64,000 nucleotides of DNA, taken from positions 3,152 through 67,151 of the forward strand of contig JAJRXF010000094.1 in the NCBI GenBank assembly GCA_024276425.1, read 5' to 3'. The position numbers and the translations under genes are program-made. The notes under the pieces are model-generated. The model was given only the letters and a program-made list of their open reading frames with translations. It had not been told where the DNA came from and made no database searches. This DNA comes from Actinomycetes bacterium. GTDB taxonomy: Bacteria > Actinomycetota > Acidimicrobiia > Acidimicrobiales > SZUA-35. This document shows, in pieces, positions 47,131 to 54,490 of the stretch. Position 1 is the first letter of the stretch; the number at the start of each line of letters is the position of its first letter.

Positions 47131-48150
47131 GTGATCCAACAAGATCCATCCGATCTCGCCCAGCGAGTCATGGCCGGAGAGCGCCGTGCTCTGGCCAAGG
47201 CCATCACCTTGGTCGAGTCGACCAGGCCCGATCATCGCCGCGACGCCAATCGGCTACTTGATAGTGTCTGCGCAGCACAAAAGGGCGCCAAGTCGGCCAT
47301 GCGCATTGGGATTTCTGGCGCTCCCGGAGTAGGAAAGAGCACCCTGATCGAAACGCTTGGCCTGTTCCTGATTGACCATGACCACCGGGTGGCCGTGCTG
47401 GCCATAGACCCTTCATCAGTTCGCACCGGGGGGTCGATCCTGGGGGATAAGACCCGGATGATTGAGTTGAGCCGCAACCCTTCGGCCTTCATTCGACCCT
47501 CTGCCTCCCATGGCATGCTCGGTGGTGTTGCCAACCGGACGGGGGAAGCCGTCATGCTGGCGGAGTCGGCTGGCTATGACGTCGTGATTGTTGAGACCGT
47601 TGGGGTTGGCCAATCCGAGGTCGCGGTCGCCTCCATTACTGATTTGTTTGTGCTACTTGTCAGCCCAACGGGCGGGGACGACCTACAAGGAATCAAACGT
47701 GGGATCATGGAATTGGTCGATCTAGTTCTGGTCAATAAGTCTGACGGAGACTTGGTGGCGCTGGCAGAACGTACCGCAGTGGACTACCGGCACGCCCTCT
47801 CACTGCTTCGCCCCAAGTCCGGCCACCCCACACCCGAGGTCCTCCCCTGTTCCGCACTTTCCCGCACGGGTCTTGGCCCCCTCTGGCAGACCGTCGCTGA
47901 CCTATGGAGAGACTTGAACCAGGCTGGCCACATTGAAAAGCTCCGTCAGGACCAGGCCTTGGAGGCTTTTGATCGAGAGATCGAAACAATTCTTCTTCGG
48001 CGCCTCCTCAGTAGTCCATCGGCCTCCGAACTCCGACAAGCCCTTGGAAGCGAGGTCCGCTCCGGTCTCATTGCCCCGACTTCGGCCGCGGCCACGCTTA
48101 CCAATCGTGTACTTGGTTCGGCATCGGCCCAAACCGGAGAGTACCCCTGA
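47131..48150 (+). CDS. meaB: Methylmalonyl-CoA mutase-associated GTPase MeaB/ArgK
   Basis: RRALAKAITLVESTRPDHRRDA..., P-loop GAPGVGKST, NKSD. Start uncertain: the track ORF begins at TTG 47062, GTG 47131 is chosen here, and ATG 47170 is also possible. Confidence 0.9.
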   Translation: MIQQDPSDLAQRVMAGERRALAKAITLVESTRPDHRRDANRLLDSVCAAQKGAKSAMRIGISGAPGVGKSTLIETLGLFLIDHDHRVAVLAIDPSSVRTGGSILGDKTRMIELSRNPSAFIRPSASHGMLGGVANRTGEAVMLAESAGYDVVIVETVGVGQSEVAVASITDLFVLLVSPTGGDDLQGIKRGIMELVDLVLVNKSDGDLVALAERTAVDYRHALSLLRPKSGHPTPEVLPCSALSRTGLGPLWQTVADLWRDLNQAGHIEKLRQDQALEAFDREIETILLRRLLSSPSASELRQALGSEVRSGLIAPTSAAATLTNRVLGSASAQTGEYP

Positions 48151-48196
48151 CAAGCACGGTCCCGGAGCTTGGTGCCCGGCACTACAATCGTCTTCG

Positions 48197-48481
48197 ATGC
48201 CTCCAGTCCTGTCTCAGTCATTCGCTCCCAGCAATCTCCGAGCCACCGGCAAAACACTCACAGCTCGAGCCATGAGGCGCGACGGCATTGGGTGGCAACG
48301 GGTGCCGGATTGGTTCGGCCGACCCTTAGCCGCCCAGCGGACCAAGGTCACGATTTGGCGGCGAGAAAAAGACCGAGATCGCTACCGCAATGACGCCCAG
48401 TACTTTGACGCGCTGGTGGACCAGGCAATCTCCAAGGCTCAGCGCCCCCCATCTTCATCAAATGGGTCGGCTCCTTCGTGA
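48197..48481 (+). CDS. Small hypothetical protein (94 aa), possibly translationally coupled to the dual-GT4 gene
   Basis: An internal ATG of a 182-aa track ORF whose first half overlaps meaB out of frame. Its stop overlaps the next gene's start as GTGA. No recognisable motif. Confidence 0.3.
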   Translation: MPPVLSQSFAPSNLRATGKTLTARAMRRDGIGWQRVPDWFGRPLAAQRTKVTIWRREKDRDRYRNDAQYFDALVDQAISKAQRPPSSSNGSAPS

Positions 48482-51309
48482 AGATTGCAATTGTTGCCCC
48501 CGCTCCGGTTCCTGCTGTTTTTGGCGGAGCGGAGCGCCTCTGGCGGGGCTTGCATGAGGGCCTTTCCCGGCGGGGTCACCAGGTCGAACTCCTGACACGG
48601 CGGTTTCCCGAGACAAACCTCCAGGAGATCCTCGATGGCTACGAGTATTTCGCCAACCTCGATGTTTCTCGCTTTGACTTGGTAATTAGCGGCAAATATC
48701 CGGCTTGGATGATCACCCACCCGCGCCATGTCATCTACCTGCTGCATCCCCTTCGCGGGCTCTATGACACCTACCCACCACATCTCGGCCAACTGGCTGA
48801 CTCCGTGGGGGGCCGTGAACTGTTGTCCAAACTTGATAGCTGCTCGAACCAGCAGGAGATTATTGCCTGTGGCCGTTCGATACTCTCTGAATTGGCCAAG
48901 GACGATGCCCTCCTATCCCACCCTGGCCCCCTGGCTCGGGAGCTGGTGCACCGGCTGGATGCTGTGGCCATGGCACCTAACCGAGTGGCCGCGTTTGCCG
49001 CCATTTCCGAGGAGGTTGCCGGACGTGCAGACTATTTGCCATCGGATCGACCGGTCTTGGTTTCCCATCCGGAATCCGACCTTCCTGTTGGGCTTTCATT
49101 GAGCGAGGCCGAGTCGGAGGGCCCAGTTTTCTTTACGGCCAGCCGACTGGATCGACCCAAACGAATCGAGTTGATGATCGAAGCCTTCCACCTCTTGACC
49201 AACCAGCGAGCCAGCCTGCTCATCGCTGGAGATGGACCCGACCGTGCTCGCCTCGAGCGATTTGTGGGAACCAACCATCGAATCCAGTTTCTTGGTCGGA
49301 TTCCCGAAAGTGATTTGGTCGCCCGCTATCACCAGGCAACTGCGATCCTCTTCGTGCCCCATCGGGAAGATTTTGGCTACATCACCCTGGAAGCCATCCG
49401 GAGTGGGACACCGGTTATCACCACCACCGACTCCGGCGGAGCGAGGGAACTGCTGGAAACGAACGTGGGTGGCATCGTGGTCGAGCCCAATCCGCCTGCG
49501 ATTGCCGCCGCCATGCGGGCGCTGGCTGATAACCCACTCCAACGATGGATCCTGGGACTCAACGGCCAACGTCGAGCTCAGCGGGCAAACTGGTCTGAGT
49601 TGTGGCGAATCATCGAGGATCTCGATCCCGCTCAGAGTACGGATCGACCCAAAGTTTTGAGCCTGTCGACCTTCGCCATTGATCCAACGATCGGCGGAGG
49701 CCAACGCCGAGTTCGCCATCTAACCCGAGAACTGGCACGACATGCCGATGTAACCGTTCTTACCCTCAGCGGCTCTGGAAGGCTAAGGGGGTCCGGTGCC
49801 CCCGCCATCAAACGGCGCGTCCTCGAACTCGGCCTGACCGAGGTGGTCGTCCCACGCAGCCCCCAGCACCGCAATGCCGAAGCAGAGATTACCCGAGTCG
49901 CGGGCCTTCCCGTGGACGACATCACCTGCGCTGCCTTGTGGGAAGCCAATCCGGCCTTCATTGACGAACTCGAGGCACAGCTTGCCAATGCCGATGTTGT
50001 TGTTGTTTCCCATCCGTTTTTGGCACCGGCTCTGCGTCATCGCCTGGGTGACACTCCCCTCATTTATGACAGTCACAATGCCGAAGCACAGTTTAAGGCA
50101 ACGGTGCTTAACCGGGAGTCATCGGGACGTTGGCTTCTTGAGCTGACCACCGAAGCAGAACGACTCGCAAGCCTTGTTGCGGTCTCTGTCACTGCCTGTA
50201 CCCAGGCTGATGTCTCCGCCTTACAACAGTTGGCGCCCGAATCAGAGGCCACCTTCACCGTCATCCCAAACGGGGTCGACACCCTGGCCTTACCGCGGCG
50301 CCAAATCGATCGGGTGCCTACAGCCAAGGCCGAACTGTTGGCCCTGGCCGGCGTTACTGATCCGTCTGAACACGATCGACCAGTTGCGGTTTTCGTCGGA
50401 TCCTGGCATCCACCAAACCTTGACGCAGCGCGTCTCATCCTTGAGGCAGCTGCGCAATGTCCCGGCTGGACATTTGTCCTCGCCGGTAGCCACACGATCT
50501 CCTTGGATGCAGGCAATCAAGCCAACATCTACCTGATTCCGACCTTCGCCGAAGAATCGCTCTACCCTCTCATTGCCGGAGCCGATGTTGCCCTCAACCC
50601 AATGGTCTCGGGAGGCGGCAGCAACCTGAAGCTGTACGACTACCTCGCGGTTGGTGTTCCCGTTCTGACCACCGAAATTGGGGCGAGAGGCTTGGCCAAT
50701 CCGGACCAGATAGTTTGGACCTGCGACCAAACGAGCGAGAGCATCGCGCGAGGACTAGACCACATCCATAGACATCCCAATCAGGCCCGGAATCGATCCG
50801 ATGCCGGGCGGGCCCTCGTCGAGAAACAAATGGATTGGCGAGGACTCGGGCAGTTGTGGTCCAAGGTCGTGCTCGGCCCAGATTCAGATCTCCCAGAGGC
50901 TCGCAAACCACGACCTGATCCGCCCGAGATGATTGTTGCTTCCGCGCCCCCGCCTTCGCCCGATCCAACCATCGAATTGATGACCAGAATTACCAACACA
51001 GCCCTCAGGCCACAGCCACCAAAGGACATTGCCTCCATGGATCCAACCCTCCGAGAGAACCTTCGGCGAATGGCCACCAACAAGATGGCTGGCCAGGAGC
51101 TCCCCGTTTCCGCTCGGCTGAAACCTATCAAACGGGCCCTGATCCGAGCGGGCAAAATCGTGACCAACGAACAAGTCGTATTCAACGAGGCCACCGTCGA
51201 TGCAGTCCAGGCGCTGAGCGAGCAGGTGCAAGAGTTGAGCAACCAGATCGACCAACTTGGTGCCCGCATTCCCGCCAGTGAAACATCTGGCGATACCTCT
51301 CGGTCGTGA
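48478..51309 (+). CDS. Dual-domain family-4 glycosyltransferase with Pro-rich linker and C-terminal helical tail (WbdA-like polymerase candidate)
   Basis: 943 aa. GT4 domain 1: MKIAIVAPAP...GGAERL; EDFGYITLEAIRSGTPVI. GT4 domain 2: KVLSLSTFAIDPTIGGGQRR...; NLKLYDYLAVGVPVL. Tail: ...VVFNEATVDAVQALSEQVQELSNQIDQLGARI. Confidence 0.86.
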   Translation: MKIAIVAPAPVPAVFGGAERLWRGLHEGLSRRGHQVELLTRRFPETNLQEILDGYEYFANLDVSRFDLVISGKYPAWMITHPRHVIYLLHPLRGLYDTYPPHLGQLADSVGGRELLSKLDSCSNQQEIIACGRSILSELAKDDALLSHPGPLARELVHRLDAVAMAPNRVAAFAAISEEVAGRADYLPSDRPVLVSHPESDLPVGLSLSEAESEGPVFFTASRLDRPKRIELMIEAFHLLTNQRASLLIAGDGPDRARLERFVGTNHRIQFLGRIPESDLVARYHQATAILFVPHREDFGYITLEAIRSGTPVITTTDSGGARELLETNVGGIVVEPNPPAIAAAMRALADNPLQRWILGLNGQRRAQRANWSELWRIIEDLDPAQSTDRPKVLSLSTFAIDPTIGGGQRRVRHLTRELARHADVTVLTLSGSGRLRGSGAPAIKRRVLELGLTEVVVPRSPQHRNAEAEITRVAGLPVDDITCAALWEANPAFIDELEAQLANADVVVVSHPFLAPALRHRLGDTPLIYDSHNAEAQFKATVLNRESSGRWLLELTTEAERLASLVAVSVTACTQADVSALQQLAPESEATFTVIPNGVDTLALPRRQIDRVPTAKAELLALAGVTDPSEHDRPVAVFVGSWHPPNLDAARLILEAAAQCPGWTFVLAGSHTISLDAGNQANIYLIPTFAEESLYPLIAGADVALNPMVSGGGSNLKLYDYLAVGVPVLTTEIGARGLANPDQIVWTCDQTSESIARGLDHIHRHPNQARNRSDAGRALVEKQMDWRGLGQLWSKVVLGPDSDLPEARKPRPDPPEMIVASAPPPSPDPTIELMTRITNTALRPQPPKDIASMDPTLRENLRRMATNKMAGQELPVSARLKPIKRALIRAGKIVTNEQVVFNEATVDAVQALSEQVQELSNQIDQLGARIPASETSGDTSRS

Positions 51310-52526
51310 AAATTGCGGTCATCAAACCCGACTACGGGGTGACGGGAGGATTTGAGTCGCTGTTAGACCATCTCTGCTCCCACCTTGGCGCCCAAGGTCA
51401 CCTAACCACCAACCTCACCGTGCCCGGTCGCCAAACCCCTCGACCGATTTGGGGGCAAGTTGACGCCTCTGCCCACTGGTTCAAACACCCCGAGTTCTTC
51501 AACTATTTGGGAATGACTCACGATGTTCGCCTATTAGAGCTCGACGAGTACGATCTGGTCCTGAGCACCCAACCACCGTCCTACCTGGCGCCTCACAAAC
51601 GCATTCTGGCCCTGTTCTACCACCAAGCTCGGATCTTCTATGAGCTGTCCGAGCCCTTTATCCAAAGTGGGCTGGTTGCCGGAGACCTTCATCGTCAAGC
51701 ATCTCAGTTCGTTCATCAGGTCGACCTCGCCCATGTCAAGGGAGTAACCCACTGGCTGGCTGGATCCCAGGAATGTGCGGACCGCATTTCCCATTCCTGG
51801 CCTGAGACCACGTCGGTATCCCTCCTTGATGCCCCTCCCCTCACGACCGCACCAGATTCACCATCTCGATGGAACGCGGCGGGACCAATGCTGTGCGTCA
51901 GTCGACAGGAGTGGCCAAAACGAACCGAGTTAGCACTCGGTGCCGCGCATCTTCTTCGTTCCGATACTCGGACCGAGTTGATTGGCGAGGGCGGACGATT
52001 GAATTCTCTAGGCAGACTGGACCGTCAATTCTGTGGAGCGACCGAGCAGGAGATCGACCAGGAAGCCAGCTTGGCCAGCATGACGGCAACAGTGCCCAAG
52101 CCATCCCGGAGGCGAGATCTGATTGGTCACCGACTGGCCCGAGGCCTTCGCTCTGGGCCGCAGTCGCCGGTCAGTTTCCTGGGAGCGGTTTCCGATCACC
52201 AACGTGACGAAGCCTATAGGCGGGCCTCCGTCGTGGTCGCCCCAGCCTTCCGGGAGGACTACGGCCTCACGGCACTGGAGGCGATGGTGTGGCATCGTCC
52301 GGTGGTGGTCTGCTCCGATGGAGGGGGCCTGGTTGAGTTGGTTCACAAGACCGGCGCTGGACTAGTTGTCGAACCAACAGCTCAGTCCATCGCTGAGGGG
52401 GTGCGCCGCATCCGCCATTCGCCCGACCTCGCATCCGAACTCATCGAACGAGCAAAAGAGGTTGCCGGGACCTATACCTGGGAGCGGGCTTATGCTCAAT
52501 TGGATGAGGCGTTACGCCGGGTGTGA
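51306..52526 (+). CDS. Glycosyltransferase family 4 (paralog of domain 1 of the 943-aa enzyme)
   Basis: 406 aa with a GTGA overlap to the upstream gene. MKIAVIKPDYGVTGGFESL..., and REDYGLTALEAMVWHRPVV is the E-x7-E region. Confidence 0.85.
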   Translation: MKIAVIKPDYGVTGGFESLLDHLCSHLGAQGHLTTNLTVPGRQTPRPIWGQVDASAHWFKHPEFFNYLGMTHDVRLLELDEYDLVLSTQPPSYLAPHKRILALFYHQARIFYELSEPFIQSGLVAGDLHRQASQFVHQVDLAHVKGVTHWLAGSQECADRISHSWPETTSVSLLDAPPLTTAPDSPSRWNAAGPMLCVSRQEWPKRTELALGAAHLLRSDTRTELIGEGGRLNSLGRLDRQFCGATEQEIDQEASLASMTATVPKPSRRRDLIGHRLARGLRSGPQSPVSFLGAVSDHQRDEAYRRASVVVAPAFREDYGLTALEAMVWHRPVVVCSDGGGLVELVHKTGAGLVVEPTAQSIAEGVRRIRHSPDLASELIERAKEVAGTYTWERAYAQLDEALRRV

Positions 52527-53570
52527 TTTTCTCCGGCCATTCTGTCGTTGGTAGAGGACCCTTGGGTGAGGGTCCGGCGGTGCCAACCGGGTGCGCAACC
52601 TCCGCAGGGGGGCTGGAGGCACGATGTGTTCCATCCTTACTGGAGTGAAGAGAGGATGATGAAACGGGTCGCTGGTCGACTCTGTTCCCCACAGTTGGCT
52701 AAAAAGCCGCTGCTCCGCCGGGGAGATTCCTGCATCTCGTGAGGAGGTTTCCAGGTGGATCATCCGGCACTCGTGGTCAACAATCACCCGCCATCCTTGC
52801 CGCCTTGCTCGTAGACAAAGATCGACGTCATTGAAGTTCAGGGGGAAGTGCTCGGCGAAGCCTCCAATCGCATCGAACACCTCGCGGCGGATACCAAGGC
52901 ATGCGCCCGTCACCGCTGCCACATCGGTCGCTCCACGCAATGACCCCTGGTATCCGTCCCAGTCTCCGGGATAGCCGTTGTAGCGGTGTTCGACATAGCC
53001 ATGGCGGAGCACCAGGCCGGCATGCTGAAGACGTCCATCCTCATAAGCCAACTTGGCCCCGACCACCCCAACATCATCCATCGAGAGGTACATGACCATA
53101 CGCTCAATCCAGTCGGGCGAGTCAACCTCGGTGTCATCGTTGAGGAAGATCAAGATGTCACCCGTGGAGGCCCCCACGCCGCGGTTGTTCGCTCCCGAAA
53201 AATTGAATGCCTCAGTATCGGCGACCGTACGAATTCGGTTGGGATCGATGTTGACCAAGGATTGGGCAAAGGCCTCATCGGTGGTGCGATCAACGACGAT
53301 GACTACCTCATAATTTGCGTAAGTGGACCGACACAAGATGGTCTGAAGTGCGTTGCGGATCAGGACAAGCTCCCGTCCGTGAACGAGCCGCCGCGTTCCC
53401 CCGGTCAACATGACAATGGAGACCAGCGGGTGTTCTTCAAGTTCGGGTGTCAAGCGAAGGCGTCCACGCACTGTCTTGTGCGCCCGCGCCTCCACCCCCT
53501 GATCCCTTAGCTGGCTCGTAACCGCCAGTTCGTCAGCCTCTGGTATGGCCCCCGTCCTTTGGTGGGCCAA
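52512..53570 (-). CDS. GT2 glycosyltransferase, C-terminal portion of an interrupted dual-GT2 paralog (see findings)
   Basis: The track ORF starts at TTG 53570, but the same frame stays open upstream to the TAA at 53778..53780. HPLVSIVMLTGGTRRLVHGRELVL...FLNDDTEV is collinear with domain 2 of the 44241..45920 enzyme. Confidence 0.65.
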   Translation of the reverse strand: MAHQRTGAIPEADELAVTSQLRDQGVEARAHKTVRGRLRLTPELEEHPLVSIVMLTGGTRRLVHGRELVLIRNALQTILCRSTYANYEVVIVVDRTTDEAFAQSLVNIDPNRIRTVADTEAFNFSGANNRGVGASTGDILIFLNDDTEVDSPDWIERMVMYLSMDDVGVVGAKLAYEDGRLQHAGLVLRHGYVEHRYNGYPGDWDGYQGSLRGATDVAAVTGACLGIRREVFDAIGGFAEHFPLNFNDVDLCLRARRQGWRVIVDHECRMIHLETSSRDAGISPAEQRLFSQLWGTESTSDPFHHPLFTPVRMEHIVPPAPLRRLRTRLAPPDPHPRVLYQRQNGRRKSHPA

Positions 53571-53777
53571 GACTTGAGGAAGATGGGCGATGCCTCGGGC
53601 CCTCTCGGTCGCAGCAAGGACGATAGCGTGACGTGACCGGGGGCGGTTCGGCTCACCTTTGTGGGGAAGATCTGGGTTGCCTTGAAGAAGATGCGATCCG
53701 ACGAAACGCGATCGAGCTAGACGCGTCCGGATTAAACAGAGGGGTCCAAGATAGTCATGCGACCGCAGAAGCTCTGG

Positions 53778-54182
53778 TTACCACGCGGGTTTGTAAACCG
53801 GTTCACCAGTAGCAGGCTCGTCACCAGAGCAGCGCCACATGTCGTGGTCGGAATAGACCACGTCGATGCTGGGCTGATCCTGAACAATGTCGACGCACCG
53901 CGCCAACGCTTCAGGCTCCAACCAATCTCCTGCCTCCATCAAGACCACAAACTCTTCGCTGGCCTCGCTCAATTCTCGTTCCCGATGCTCCAAACTGTGC
54001 ACAACGACAAGCCGCCAAGACACGAAAGTCTGAGCGCGAAGCGATTCTTTGGTCTGGTGGAGGTTGACCAGTTCAAGGCCGGATTGCGCAGGATCTTGAC
54101 CAGCGAGGACGACAACAAGGATCACCCCTTTCCCGGGATCCACTCGTTTCCTCAATCGGACCGATCCCAGGCTCGGAGCCAA
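53778..54182 (-). CDS. N-terminal GT2-like portion of the interrupted dual-GT2 paralog
   Basis: 134 aa ending ...VVYSDHDMWRCSGDEPATGEPVYKPAW-TAA. Collinear with ...VVYSDEDKLNRDGRRVDPFHKPAWSPERL of the intact paralog. The acceptor/DxD region is degenerate: VLMEAGDW versus FLDNDDV. Confidence 0.5.
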   Translation of the reverse strand: MAPSLGSVRLRKRVDPGKGVILVVVLAGQDPAQSGLELVNLHQTKESLRAQTFVSWRLVVVHSLEHRERELSEASEEFVVLMEAGDWLEPEALARCVDIVQDQPSIDVVYSDHDMWRCSGDEPATGEPVYKPAW

Positions 54183-54481
54183 TGGTAAGGCCTAAGCACC
54201 GACAAAAACAGACGCCAGGAGCGGGAGCCCTTAATGGCCTCGAGTTCCTGGCAATCCGCAGCCACCCGGTCAAGCTCATCGGCGTATTGGGTTTCCAACT
54301 GAGTCCACTCGGCCTGCTCGAGCCGGGCCGCCTTCAGTTGGTCTTCCACCACCTGGAGGTTTCCGAGGGCCACGGCCAACTCGTTCTGCAACCGGGCACC
54401 TGCCTGTCTGGCGACACGGAGTTCTTCTTCTAAGCCAGGATTAGTCGGAGATGGTGTGCGCTCCACGATTTCCTTGGACAT
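54152..54481 (-). CDS. Stand-alone coiled-coil protein, remnant/paralog of the methyltransferase C-terminal stalk
   Basis: 109 aa. LEEELRVARQAGARLQNELAVALGNLQVVEDQLKAARLEQAEWTQLETQ... ending SRSWRLFLSVLRPYHWLRAWDRSD. This parallels the C-terminus of the 45917..47023 protein. It has no methyltransferase domain. Confidence 0.6.
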   Translation of the reverse strand: MSKEIVERTPSPTNPGLEEELRVARQAGARLQNELAVALGNLQVVEDQLKAARLEQAEWTQLETQYADELDRVAADCQELEAIKGSRSWRLFLSVLRPYHWLRAWDRSD

Positions 54482-54490
54482 CGTCCCATC

